The notes beneath the pieces were generated by a model, which was given only the letters and a program-made list of their open reading frames with translations, was not told the origin of the DNA and made no database searches. A DNA stretch of 62,498 bases, filler included, from Stramenopiles sp. TOSAG23-2 (lineage: Eukaryota), in assembly GCA_900128395.1 (NCBI GenBank). It is 8 parts of 8 records of this genome, joined end to end, with 100 filler letters (N's around TTAATTAATTAA, not from the genome) between each part and the next. Parts side by side here need not be neighbours in the genome. Positions count along the whole stretch, not along the records: positions 23,158 to 34,630 come from LT649931.1; positions 34,731 to 46,202 come from LT649932.1; 6 more parts are not named here. One strand, given 5' to 3'. How positions within the stretch are numbered: the stretch's first letter is position 1; each line of letters starts with the position of its first letter. The position numbers and the translations under genes are program-made. This document shows positions 31,451 through 43,700 of this stretch, piece by piece.

Positions 31451-31708
31451 ACTTTCCCCTCTTGTTACTTTTTTTTTTTGGTTGAATTAATATAAGTTAC
31501 TATTTGTTATATTTATATTGGCAAAAAAAGAAGAACGAATGTAAATAAACTATGTAAAATATTTACAATGAGATGTATAGATATTTACATCTTTACTAAA
31601 CTAAATTCGAACTAAACAATTATTATATATAGATATATACAAAAAAAAAAATTAAAAAGTTTAGTTACTACGGGTAATATAGTATGTATACATAATTTCC
31701 TATCAACA

Positions 31709-31742
31709 TTTGAAAAATGATTTTCAAATCGATTTTTCGCGG
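31709..31742. promoter_or_regulatory. Putative E2F site plus paired CHR (TTTGAA) elements upstream of POLA1
   Basis: TTTGAAAA-ATGA-TTTTCAAA inverted repeat at 31709-31728 followed by TTTCGCGG at 31735-31742, about 260-290 bp upstream of the POLA1 ATG. Confidence 0.45.
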
Positions 31743-32388
31743 CTTTATTATTTCTAGTAGTGTAAGGTCGAATCAACAATAGCACTTAATAGAATAGAAG
31801 ATATGTTTTTATCAAGTACAAAAACAATTCCTCAATTTGTGCAAATCCCATTATGATCCATATTATTACATTTCATCCTATATGTAGTGCAAACTTGCGG
31901 GCCTGTTGCTATTTGCCATTGCAAAGCATTGTAACATAATTAATAATATTGCCCCCCTAATTGAACTAATAGCAGCATGAATGAACACACGTATCGAGAT
32001 AAAAAAATAAAGAATGAATGACAATCTAAATCTCAAAATCAATAAAAAGACCTCTTCCTCTTTCACTACCAGGTACAGTACTAATACTATGCACCTCCTA
32101 TTTTATTATTTTATATATTACTCTTGTTGAATGAATATTAGTTCAACTAAAATAAAAGAAAACAAAAAACTAGACGGTTTCTATCTTGAGTACATAGAAG
32201 TGGAAGAGAAACGAAGAAAATACAAAATCATTATACGAAATTACTACTTACTATCAATTTATTATTTTATTTGAACACACCCCTCGATTTTCACTTGTTG
32301 TTGTTGTTGGTTTGTTTATTTATTTAAAGTTATAACCAATTATTCAGTTCAATTTATTTACACAAAACAACAAAAACATAAAATAAAA

Positions 32389-34623
32389 ATGTCGAATTTT
32401 AAAGTGTCATATGGGAAAATTGATTACAAGGTCATATTAGGAAAATTTCCTTATCATAGTACTGCGCCATATCAAGGACAACTTATGCCAAACTTTAATG
32501 ATATGAACGAACCAATACATATGTATCAGAAATATATTGATATGGCAAAGGTGGATGCTCCCGTTGTACCAATTACTATAAATGTGCCGCCTGGACAACC
32601 TGATGGTAAAAGCGAACCGCCAATAAATATGAAAGTCTCTATGGCAGAAAATTTTTATACAACTGTTCAAAAAGCATTATTAATTATGGCACAAAGACTT
32701 TTAGATAAATTTACTAGCAATTACGTTGAACCAAATCTGAAAGAAGTATATCAAACCCATATACATATGGTGACGAAATCTTGCACATTACTTCCAGAGG
32801 ATATGAAAAACAAATTTGCACAATTTACTGGTGGTACGTTTATTAACTATCCTGAAGAGACACATGAAAGGTGTTATTTCGTACTTCCACAAGCAACAAA
32901 TATTGGTTATTTGATGAGACGTTCATTGACCGATTATGCAATGAAAGAAAATCATGAATTTTTACTTACAAATATTGAACCACATAAACTTGTTCGAGAT
33001 GCGAAAGGATTTAAATTTAATGTGGAAAAAGAAGTGGATAAGCGTTGGGTCATCGAAGATAATGCCATGGATACTTTAACAGATTCTAATAATAGTGGTA
33101 GTAGCAGCAGTAGTAGTAGTAGCAACAATAACAATAAAAATGAAACTCAAAAACAAACTATATATGAAGGTCGATATGAAAACTCTGATGCAAGAGACGC
33201 ATTTATATTGCAATTAAATAGGAAAACAATGCAAGCATTTTTAATTCCAGTTAAAGAATGTTTTAAATTTTCAAAAATAAATAAAAAAAGTGAAGGGAAA
33301 ACTCTAAGTGATTTAAACAATCTTATGAAAGAAGAATCGCGAAAACAAGGTGAAAATTTTGCAAAAATACGTAAAACGCAACTGGTTAAAGATGGAAAGA
33401 AAATTGCTAGCACTTCTAATAAACCAAGTAAACTTGGTAGAATTACTAGTCTTAGTAGAAATACTAGTGGAAATGGTGGTAATAAATTTTCAAGTAAATT
33501 TGATAAATTAGCACAGCAAGAGAAAGTATCTTTCAACACGGCAATTCATTCTAAATCAAAAAATCGTTTTACAAATTTATTAAAAAAACGTAGAGCGGAT
33601 AGAGCAGGTAATGGCCGTGTTGGTGGCCCTGGTAGTTTCATGAATGGTGGTAGTGCTAATGTCGGTGGTGGTGGTAGTGGTTTCCGTGGTGGAAGCAGTC
33701 GTATTGGTGGATTTGGAAGTTCTGGAAACAATCGTTATAAAGGCGATTTTGATTCTGATGGCGATGATGGTAATTACTCAGATGACGAAGATACTGGGTA
33801 TATGTTGCTTGGAAATGCTGCTCAAATCGATGCGATTAATGCTGAAGGTGGTGATCAAGATGAAGCTCGATCTGATAATGATGGTTTAAGCGGTGGCGAA
33901 GACGTTATAGAAAACAAAGAAGAAAATGATGAAATTGAGAACTTATTAAGTGATGATGATTTAGATAGCGATATGGATTTGGATGAAGACAATTATGAGC
34001 AACAAACAAAGTTGCAAATGGAAGGCGGGATCAAAAATGCTACAGATTTATTTGGTATTGATGGAAATGATTATAATGATGAGAATAGCGATGAAGATGA
34101 TGATCTTTTTGGTGACAATGAGGATGACGAAGATGAAGAAATTGATGTAGAAAGTTTTCTTGAAGAGACAAAACAATTGGAAGAAACGCTGTTGGCTACG
34201 AACGCTGCTCCAGTGGTTCCACCAGCATCGACTCTTAATGATGCATCAATTGCCAAAACAACAGCAGCAGCAATTGTTGCTAATGGTAATGGTAATAACA
34301 ACAACAGCATCAATAAGAAATCACAAAAACGTAAATTGGATGATATAGAATCAAATGACAATAACAATAATAATAATAATAATAATAATGATAATAATAA
34401 GCCAAAGAAACGTCGTAAAATAACAAAGAAAAAACTTAGTAAAGAAAACATGATACGAATTTTAAAAGAAAATGGTGGTAAAATGATATTTACTGAATTC
34501 ATCACATGTTTTATCAATGTTAAGAAAAAAAAGGCATTATTTAAAAAATTGAGAGAGGAGGTTGCAGATATTGAAAAAACTAGGAAACCGTATTTTGTCG
34601 TATTGAAGAGAGAATATTTATAA
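32389..34623 (+). CDS. GTF2F1: Transcription initiation factor IIF large subunit (RAP74/Tfg1)
   Basis: WVIED...YEGRYE...FLIPVKECFKFSK...TLSDLNNLMK resembles the RAP74 dimerisation domain; long acidic linker; C-terminal winged-helix-like segment ending YFVVLKREYL. Confidence 0.7.
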   Translation: MSNFKVSYGKIDYKVILGKFPYHSTAPYQGQLMPNFNDMNEPIHMYQKYIDMAKVDAPVVPITINVPPGQPDGKSEPPINMKVSMAENFYTTVQKALLIMAQRLLDKFTSNYVEPNLKEVYQTHIHMVTKSCTLLPEDMKNKFAQFTGGTFINYPEETHERCYFVLPQATNIGYLMRRSLTDYAMKENHEFLLTNIEPHKLVRDAKGFKFNVEKEVDKRWVIEDNAMDTLTDSNNSGSSSSSSSSNNNNKNETQKQTIYEGRYENSDARDAFILQLNRKTMQAFLIPVKECFKFSKINKKSEGKTLSDLNNLMKEESRKQGENFAKIRKTQLVKDGKKIASTSNKPSKLGRITSLSRNTSGNGGNKFSSKFDKLAQQEKVSFNTAIHSKSKNRFTNLLKKRRADRAGNGRVGGPGSFMNGGSANVGGGGSGFRGGSSRIGGFGSSGNNRYKGDFDSDGDDGNYSDDEDTGYMLLGNAAQIDAINAEGGDQDEARSDNDGLSGGEDVIENKEENDEIENLLSDDDLDSDMDLDEDNYEQQTKLQMEGGIKNATDLFGIDGNDYNDENSDEDDDLFGDNEDDEDEEIDVESFLEETKQLEETLLATNAAPVVPPASTLNDASIAKTTAAAIVANGNGNNNNSINKKSQKRKLDDIESNDNNNNNNNNNNDNNKPKKRRKITKKKLSKENMIRILKENGGKMIFTEFITCFINVKKKKALFKKLREEVADIEKTRKPYFVVLKREYL

Positions 34624-35037
34624 AAAAAAANNNNNNNNNNNNNNNNNNNNNNNNNNNNNNNNNNNNNNNNNNNNTTAATTAATTAANNNNNNNNNNNNNN
34701 NNNNNNNNNNNNNNNNNNNNNNNNNNNNNNACAGTTACAGGAGATGTCTTGCTTTTTAGAAACTATACCAAGAGGGAATAAATATGTATATATGTACATA
34801 CTCATATATATATATATATATTAATTTTATACTTCGTATGATACGTATTATATTATTTAAAATATGAAGATTTAATAAAAAATAATATTCGTGTATCTAT
34901 CATAGTATTTGAATATATATTACGTACATATATATATAATTTATACATATCATATATCAGCTATTATGAGTAGTTGATACTATCTATTTACCTTCATTGG
35001 TATTCTCGATACTGGCCAACTCTACAATAATAGTTGA

Positions 35038-36738
35038 TTATACGATTTTACACACATGTCCTTGAATGTTATATACTGGAATTAATTTATTGCATCCAAG
35101 ACAATGCAAAACAGGACTAGGTATTCCAGCACCAGTTATAACTGTTGATGAAGAATTTCGATTCGGCCATGCACCTTTGCTTTTGCTTATATGATTGGCT
35201 AAAGCAGCCATATATCGGCGAGGAAGTTTTTCTGCTTTTTTCAATTGTCGTTTTTCATCTTCACTTAAAAAATTTCTAGATTTCTCTTTTGATTCAATTA
35301 ATACATCTGCTTCGTGTAATTTATATCTAGCTGCTATCCACTTTTTCGTCTCTTTATTATAAGCTCCATAATATTTATCTGCAAGTTCCAAGCTAGTTGT
35401 AACAGGAAGATGTTTTGACATTTTGAGTAATCTATTACTACTTTTCTTTTTTTTTAATGATTTCTTTGTTGTCTTACTGTCATGTTTATTAGTATGCAAA
35501 GATGGCAATGGCACTTTTGTTGCTGTTGCGGTTTTTATTGTATTGATTGATGATGATGATAATGAGAGAGTTGTTGCTGTTGCCGTTGTCGTAGTTGCAA
35601 TAATTGATGGTGCTTTTTTTTCTTTATTTATTTGTAATTTAACAGCATGTATTGGTGGTGGTGTCTGCAAAGTTGTAGATAATATTTTTTCATGAGTAGT
35701 GGCATTTGTTTTATTATCTTCTTCACTTATTTTTTCAATTGTAGTTGGTATTATAGCTGGATTACTAGCTTTAAATTTTTCCTTTTGTTTTGCTGGAATT
35801 ACAGGTGGACTTATGGCTTTTTTCTTCAACATTTCTTCTTTCTTTAGTGGTATAGAGGATAATATATTTTCCATTTCTAAATGTCTAACCGGCTTTTTAT
35901 TATTCTTTGTGGTTGGTGGGGAAGATATTATTGGAATATCAAGTAATACATCATTGGTGTTTATCGTCATCGTAATTGCCTTTGTTGTATTAGTAATACC
36001 GGATACCTCCACTGTTTTTTTCGACGCAGATTCATCTTCTTCTTCTTTGTCTACCTTTTGCAAATAATTAAGAGGTGCAACACCTTCTTCTCTTCCATTT
36101 AATAAGCATCGGCACCAACCATCTCTATAAATGGTATAGACAAGAATATTATCACCTTTTAACATTGCTATTTCATCTTTTGTTGTTGGAATACTATCAT
36201 ACAGTGCAACATATTTCACACCAATACGTTTAGTTTCTTTCATATTTAGTTTTGGTATAGGTTGTCCAGGCCATACCTTTAATTCTTGATTAATCAATCC
36301 CAATTTTTTACACGCGAGATAAAAATTGAACAACGAATCAACAACTTTTTTTGGATCTTTCCACTCGTAGACATCAGTCACTTTGAATAATGAACTCTCT
36401 TTCATATTTAACTTTTCTCTAGCAACAGTTAAAAACAATTCAATATTTTCACGTTTTTTCCATTGGCTAGAAACACCAACAAATTTTTTATTTATCTTTT
36501 TCAATGGAAATACTTCTGGGTGTAATTTATGAAATATAGTACATAAAACAATACCATCGTTTAATATGGTTTGTAAATCTTTTTCATCTGCACCTAAAAA
36601 CAAGCCAGAAACATTGATTACCCACGATTTGGTTTCAAGTAATTTTATATTCAATGGTTTTTTACTTTGTAATAATGATGTTGTAATTGAATTTCGCCGT
36701 GTCCTCGTTGAACTTGGTTGCTTTGTATTATTTTCCAT
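35038..36738 (-). CDS. Calponin-homology + SH3 domain protein with C-terminal C2HC zinc-finger-like motif
   Basis: CH (LNDGIVLCTI, RENIELFL, LFKVTDVYE), SH3 (YVALYD...EIAMLKGD...DGWC...GVAPLNYL), CLGC-x11-HVC at the end. Confidence 0.85.
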   Translation of the reverse strand: MENNTKQPSSTRTRRNSITTSLLQSKKPLNIKLLETKSWVINVSGLFLGADEKDLQTILNDGIVLCTIFHKLHPEVFPLKKINKKFVGVSSQWKKRENIELFLTVAREKLNMKESSLFKVTDVYEWKDPKKVVDSLFNFYLACKKLGLINQELKVWPGQPIPKLNMKETKRIGVKYVALYDSIPTTKDEIAMLKGDNILVYTIYRDGWCRCLLNGREEGVAPLNYLQKVDKEEEDESASKKTVEVSGITNTTKAITMTINTNDVLLDIPIISSPPTTKNNKKPVRHLEMENILSSIPLKKEEMLKKKAISPPVIPAKQKEKFKASNPAIIPTTIEKISEEDNKTNATTHEKILSTTLQTPPPIHAVKLQINKEKKAPSIIATTTTATATTLSLSSSSINTIKTATATKVPLPSLHTNKHDSKTTKKSLKKKKSSNRLLKMSKHLPVTTSLELADKYYGAYNKETKKWIAARYKLHEADVLIESKEKSRNFLSEDEKRQLKKAEKLPRRYMAALANHISKSKGAWPNRNSSSTVITGAGIPSPVLHCLGCNKLIPVYNIQGHVCKIV

Positions 36739-36799
36739 GTTGATATTGGTTTCTTTCCGATATGATTATATATGATTTTTTCTGTTCTTCTCATGCGTT

Positions 36800-36832
<33 letters not shown>

Positions 36833-37153
36833 GTGTATTTGTATATGAGATAATATATAGTGCCATGTGCCCATAATTATAATAATAATATGTCATGTTT
36901 TGCTTTTTGTTGGAACAAAGAAGTTGAGAAGAGCTACTGCATATACTACACCTTAAATAATAGACTAAAGAGACGCGACAGTTTCACCTATAAATGGTGC
37001 AACAAACAAAATGCAGCACATTTTTTTAATGTGATACAAATATCCTCACACTTCAATCAATATAATATATACACACATTACATCCCCTCTACGTCATCAT
37101 GCAACCTTCACACAATCAATATATATATATACATATCAAATAATAATACCAAC

Positions 37154-37486
37154 ATGTCGAATAATAAGGATGAAAGTATACGACAACCGGAAATAGCAAC
37201 AGTAAAAACAATAGCGAAGAAATATGGGCATATTTTAAATAAATTAGAAACTCAATTTCCTTCGATTCGAAATGTATTTCAAGAAGGAAAAAGCAACAAA
37301 CGTAGATTTGCACCACGTTACTTACGTGATGATCAACCAAAAAGCAAATTTATAGTAAGAAGCGAAGCATTATGTAGTGGATATGGTAAAAATAAATTAG
37401 TGAAACCAGCAGATCAAATTTTACAAGAATTAGAAAAGCATAGAATACATAAAGAACCAAGAAGACCACGTAGACATCAAAGTTGA
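37154..37486 (+). CDS. Small basic hypothetical protein (110 aa)
   Basis: Coding-like composition from AACATGTCG; the upstream part of the listed ORF looks like promoter sequence. Confidence 0.55.
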   Translation: MSNNKDESIRQPEIATVKTIAKKYGHILNKLETQFPSIRNVFQEGKSNKRRFAPRYLRDDQPKSKFIVRSEALCSGYGKNKLVKPADQILQELEKHRIHKEPRRPRRHQS

Positions 37487-38047
37487 AATACAAAATATCG
37501 ATATGAATTTACAACATATATTTTTATTTTTCAATAAACAACAGGACATATTAGACAACAATGAAATTCAATTAAACAAAAAAAAACAAAAAAACATATA
37601 TTGGCTATAATTTTAAATTGTTTTGTGTGTTCCACGATGTTATCAATTATGCTATATTTCACACACATTTGTGTTTTATGTTTTTTATGTTAATGTGGTT
37701 TTCGTGTTTCGTGTTTTACTGTACTAGTAGAGTTTAAGTTTTGCATTTTGACCATTTAATGACTAATTAAGGATTTAGAGTAATCTCTGGCATTTTGTTG
37801 GTATCCTAGTACTGTGTACAGTACACTACTATTTATATTGATAGTACAGCTACTTTGCACATTATTATCTATTAAATATTAATACGCAGCAGACGATTAA
37901 TAATTATTAAATATATTAATACTTATGGAAAAATGTAAACACGCACACACACACACACATTTTCGAGCGTGAAATATTGCATACATTTATATTCACATTT
38001 TTTTTTATATACACAACAAACACTTAATATATATATATATAAATGAT

Positions 38048-40138
38048 TTAATACGAATCCAAACCTTCAAGACAATTATCATCTTCCACCAATTTATCTA
38101 AATATTCACGGAAACGTGGGATTCCGCCACCACCTGGTGTACATCTTGGCATCATTGCAGCATATGTTTTCGTTCCTACAGGAACAACCCCTTCATTTGA
38201 ATAATATCCAGGTGTACATGCAGCATAAAATGCTTGAGAGGCTGTAGATGCATTATATACACTTTCGCAATAATCAGCTTCAATTTTCTTATTTGCTTCA
38301 CAAACTTCTTTCCCTTCTCTTAATACTTTTTCTGTCACGTGAGAAATGTGTGTGCCAATCCAATCCAATGCAGTTGTTGCACTGTTAGTTAAAATACCTT
38401 GAGGTCCATTCAACCAAAATGCATTTGGGAATCCATGTGTACAAAATGAATTATACGTTTTTGGACCCTCTGCCCAATGAGTTCCTAAATGCAAGCCATT
38501 GCGGCCATAAATTTGGAAACCTTGTGCCTCTGTTTTACGTTGAATCAATTTGGAATCATTGAATTGGGGAATAGTCCAAGATGTTTCAAATCCAGTAGAA
38601 AAGATAATTAAATCAACTTCATATTCCTTGCCATTTGCAATGACACCATTTTCGGTAAAACCTTGTACTCCCAATCCATTTGTATCTACCAATTTTACAT
38701 TTTCTCTGTTAAATGTTGGTAAATAATCATCGTGGAAACATGGGCGTTTACAAAATAATCGATAATATGGTTTCAATGCTTCTGCTGTATCTCTGTCTTG
38801 AACAACTGCTTCTGCACGTTTTCGAATACGTTCAACATGTTCATAATCAGATAGATCCATTATAGTACGCATTTCTTCCCGTGTCATTTTTTTATCACTG
38901 CCACTCATTTTTCTCCTTGTCTCTGCGCCACGTTTCATTGCATTTGTCCATCCATCATCCACTAAATCTACCAACTCTGGATTTGGTTGTTCAGTATTGT
39001 AAATGAAATTCATTTGCCTTTCTCTTTGCCACCCTTTTTTCCCCATATATCTTGCAGCATATTCTGGTGTAGTATGGAAATTATTACGTACATCAATTGT
39101 ACTTGGTGTTCGTTGGAAAACGAATAATTGTCCACTATATTTACCTAAATGCGGGATGACTTGTACTGCAGTTGCACCAGTGCCAATTATGGCAACACGT
39201 TTATTCGCCAGTTTATGCAACGGTGTAGAGGAAGAGCCCCCTGTATATTCATAATCCCATCTTGATGTGTGAAACATGTGGCCTTTAAATTTACGAATAC
39301 CAGGTGCAGCAGGTAATTTCGGATGTGAAAATACTCCGAAATTAACTATAACAAATTGTGCTTTCATTTCATCCCCACGATCTGTATGTACAACCCAACG
39401 TTTCGTTTCCTCGTTCCAACGTAAATCTTCCACTTCCGTTTGCAAAACAATATTATCATATAGACCATATTTCTTTGCAATTAATTGTGAATGATACAAT
39501 AATTCCGGTTGATGAGCATATTTTTCTTTTGGAACGTAGTCCATCTCATCACATAAGGGCATGTAGATATATCCTTCCACATCACACATGGCTCCAGGGT
39601 ATCTATTCCAATACCATGTACCACCAACATCTCCAGATTTATCAATAATACGTATGTTTTTTGCTGGTATTCCGCGTTCCCTTAATCTTGCCCCAGCTGT
39701 CAACCCACCATATCCAGCACCAAGTATGATATATTGCACTTCATCATGCAACGGTTCTCGTTCTTTAAATTCAACATATGGATCTGCTAACATTTTAGCA
39801 AACTTCGGATCTTCCTTGGCTAAATCAGCTACTCTTGGATATTGGAGCGTACGACTTGCTGTGCCATTTTCATCTTTGTTGCCGACTCTGTTTTGCATGC
39901 GTTTAGAACGCTCGAAACTATACTTTTTTGCCATTTCAATTGGATCAACGCTACCATCAACGATATCTGGCAACTTTCGCTTTGGTCTTCCATCAGGAAG
40001 TAACTCACCAGTTTCTTCTGCTGGAACCAATGGTGATTTTCCTTCTTGATGGACACCTGGCAACGGTTGCCCTGGTGCAAGGTTTGCAGCGGTATAGTGT
40101 CGCTCCAACGCCTCCAACGTAGTTCGAACTTTCGACAT
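38048..40138 (-). CDS. Type I Baeyer-Villiger monooxygenase (FAD/NADPH)
   Basis: GAGYGG, GGTWYWNRYPGAMCD, BVMO fingerprint FKGHMFHTSRW, GTGATA, FQRTPS, CKRPCFHDDYL. Confidence 0.95.
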   Translation of the reverse strand: MSKVRTTLEALERHYTAANLAPGQPLPGVHQEGKSPLVPAEETGELLPDGRPKRKLPDIVDGSVDPIEMAKKYSFERSKRMQNRVGNKDENGTASRTLQYPRVADLAKEDPKFAKMLADPYVEFKEREPLHDEVQYIILGAGYGGLTAGARLRERGIPAKNIRIIDKSGDVGGTWYWNRYPGAMCDVEGYIYMPLCDEMDYVPKEKYAHQPELLYHSQLIAKKYGLYDNIVLQTEVEDLRWNEETKRWVVHTDRGDEMKAQFVIVNFGVFSHPKLPAAPGIRKFKGHMFHTSRWDYEYTGGSSSTPLHKLANKRVAIIGTGATAVQVIPHLGKYSGQLFVFQRTPSTIDVRNNFHTTPEYAARYMGKKGWQRERQMNFIYNTEQPNPELVDLVDDGWTNAMKRGAETRRKMSGSDKKMTREEMRTIMDLSDYEHVERIRKRAEAVVQDRDTAEALKPYYRLFCKRPCFHDDYLPTFNRENVKLVDTNGLGVQGFTENGVIANGKEYEVDLIIFSTGFETSWTIPQFNDSKLIQRKTEAQGFQIYGRNGLHLGTHWAEGPKTYNSFCTHGFPNAFWLNGPQGILTNSATTALDWIGTHISHVTEKVLREGKEVCEANKKIEADYCESVYNASTASQAFYAACTPGYYSNEGVVPVGTKTYAAMMPRCTPGGGGIPRFREYLDKLVEDDNCLEGLDSY

Positions 40139-40718
40139 ATTTTATTTTTGTTAATATGTTTTTAGTGATCTTGTGGTTATACAAGTGTATCGTTCCTCTT
40201 CTTTTATTATTCTCCTCCGTGTATATACAATGTATGTGTGTATGTGTCGTGCTAGTAGTCGTCTAGTATATTTGGTTCAGGGGCGTGCCTATTATTTATA
40301 TTTATTATTTTTTTTTTTTGATTCGATCAGGTCGGACTGCCTGCAGTGCAGCTGCATGCTGCATCAAATTGTAGTGAGTGCTGTGTCATGCTATTATAGC
40401 TCGTGCCCATTCGACTATATACCCCCAATACAACAAGTATGATGTTGTTTGTCCAACAGGATATATATATTAAAAAAAGGAGGTATTTGTTGGTATTTTA
40501 AACATTTAAACGTCATATATAGTAATCAAACAAACAAACATACATACGAGGATACATATTTATCAAATAGTGAATCAGTAGATTTAAGACATACGAATAA
40601 GAGATAGATATAAATATTTAATTCATTAATTCACTCAAAGGATCAAGAAGCTATTTATTGCAAGAAGCAATATTCCAAACATAACAAAAATTAGGGGGTG
40701 GGAGAAAACTGATATATT

Positions 40719-43700
40719 ATGGCTTCTGCTGAAAAGAAATATAACGTTGGATTAAACCTGCCTGGAAATGCTGAAGGTAACGAAACAAAAAACAATGGTG
40801 AGAGTGTCGAAATTCTTGATATAAACTTAGCAGCCTTTATACCTTTATCGGTCAGGCGTATTGTTTTAAATAATAATAAAATACCAGATGCGCCATTTAA
40901 AGATCTTGTAGAAGGAGTGGTGCTTCTGGCTGATATTTCTGGTTTTACAGCATTAGGAGAAAAATTAATGGAAGAATTTGGTGACTCGACCGGTGCAGAA
41001 AAATTTGCTGAAGCAATATCCTCAGCTATTTCAGACTTGGTTAACGTTTTGCACAGGTATGAAGGCGAATGTGTCAAAATAGCTGGAGATTGTTTAATAT
41101 GTTGCTTTGTATCTAACGAAGAGGAAGATGGGGGTGACGAAACCGCATTTCGTAATGCAAAATTGTGTGCAATTGACTTGCTCAACACTATTAAAAAATC
41201 AAACGAATCATTAGATCTTCATGGGGGAATTGCAACAGGGACAATACAACGGTTGCATGTAAAAGAATTACGTGGATCCAGTCCAAGAAGTAATTCGGCT
41301 CGACAGCGTATGAAGGCTAGGGATGAGGCAATCATGACTAAAGCTGAATTGGAACGCTCAAAACAACGCTGGTATTTGATTGCTGGACGGCCAATTAAAA
41401 TTGCTGGAGAATTGTTGGAGAAAGCTCCACCTGGTGTTATCAAAATGTTTGGTGGTATGAATATTTCAAGAGAAACTCTACCGGAGCAAATTGGTATAGA
41501 CGATTTAAAAAAAAGCCAACCAGAAAAATTGCAGCGTGAAGCATCTAGGCGTATAACTATGGTTGACAAGTTTGTCACTGAATTAAGTAACTGTCCCAAA
41601 AAGGCAAAAGCATATTTGCCTCCAATTGTCGCAGCAAAGAACGCAAATAACGTTGGAAAATTTACAAATGAAAAAAGAAGAGTTGTTATTGCTTTCGTAA
41701 GTGTACCGGGGCTTGAAAAAAAGGCTGTTAAAAGTCAAGGAGTCGAAGCTGCGCATTTAAATGATGTCTATTCTGCCCTAAAATCAGTCTTAAACAAATT
41801 TGAAGGTTTAATGCGTGATTTTTTGTTTGAAGACAAAGGTTGTACGATGATATGCTGCTTTGGAATTGATCAAATTTCAGAAGTTGATGCATTGCGAGCT
41901 GTATTGTTTGCACTTGAAGCAACTGCGGCATGTGAGACATTAACAGAGCCATGTAAGATAGGTATTTCGATGGGTCAATGTTTTACTGGCGTATGTGGTC
42001 ATGTAACAAGATGCGATTTTGTTGTAATGGGACCAGAGGTAAATATGGCGGCACGTTTAATGGGTAAAGCTGAAACGGGGAAAATTCTTGTTAGTGAGAG
42101 GGTATATAATGCCACACAAAATTATGTTGGTTATGATATGACAAAGCCAATTGAGTTGAAAGGTAGAGAAGGAACATCACGTGCTCTTCGTCCTTTTGGA
42201 AAAAAAGCTGGTGCGGTAAGGCATAAAGCTCAAGATCAGATGAGCAGTGGTGTATTTGTAGGACGAGAAAGTGAAATGAATGCTTTAAGAGCTGCTTTGA
42301 ATAATATGCTAGAAAACAAAAGCGGTAGTGCATTTATTTTGGAAGGCCTTGCTGGAATGGGTAAAAGTGCTATTGTTTGGAATTTTCAAGCTGAAGCTCT
42401 AGAGAAAAACGTCAGGTTTTTGATGGGCACCGGATCTGCTATTGAAAAGCAGACGCCTTACTTTGCCTTTGCACAAATTTTGTGTGCTGCAGCTAATTTA
42501 TCCTCAAGCCCAAGTTATGGTGAAGTATTGGCTTTGAAACACACGTACCAGTTGGATGAAGATGATGTAAACTCACTTGGAATCATTTTGCCATCATTAG
42601 CAAAACGAGATGAAGCGGGAAATCAGCTGAAGCAAGGGCGCCTAGAAGGACGAGCTGCACAAGTATGTCTAAAAATATTTAATTCAATGGAAAATTCTGT
42701 CTTTGTTTTCGAGGATGCACATTGGATAGATTCCCAATCATGGATAATGCTTCAAATGATTTTGCCGCAATTGTCTAGCGGGTCAATGGTGATGATTGTA
42801 ACTCGACCACCAAACATGGCATCGCAAATGAAAGGCGGCGGACAACATGGAACAGAAGGTTTTCGAAATAGTGAAGAGAAAGTGGAAGAGGAGTTTTTAG
42901 AGGATGATGACAGAGTCAAATTCTCTAGAATATTAGCCGGGTTGAAGGCACAAGCAGATATTACTTTGCTATCCCTAGGAGTCATGGATGAGGCTGGTAT
43001 GCATGAATTAACTTCAAAGATATTAGAGGTTCCAATAGAAAAGATAGGGAAACCGTTGTTAAAATTGTTAAATGCAAAGGCCGGTGGTATTCCAATGTAT
43101 ATATCTAGTATGTCTGCTTGGTTAGTAGAGCGTGGTATGGTAAATAAAGACGATGATGGACGTGTGCAATTCAATGGAGATATTAACAACATTCAGTTTC
43201 CTGCATCTATTATGGATACTGTACTTGAGCGGGTGGATAGTCTTGATGAATATTCAAAAGCTTTGATAAAGGTATGCGCTTGCTTTGGATTTGAGTTTTG
43301 CCAAGATTATCTGGATAGTATAATTTGTAAGTTTATTGGTTCAGAGGATCCCCAAGTGTATCAAAAGGCATTGTCAACACTAGCTGAACGTGGGCTTGTT
43401 GTACCTGTTACTGGTGAATCTGTGGCTCAAATGATGAAATTTACGCATCAAATTATTTGTGAAAGTGCATATAATTTGATGCTGGATAGCCAGCGACGTG
43501 AGGTGCACTTGGCTATTGCAAATGAATACGAAAATGCCGGCTCAAAATTTGAGATGGAAATACTTGCGTATCATTGGTTACGAAGTGGAGAAGTTGATAG
43601 AGGTTGCATTATGCTACAAGCTGCCGCAGAGAAAGCGTAAGTAGATTTCATTCCTCTAAAGTGAAAGTAAAAATCCTTTCTCTAACACACCACTCTTTTA

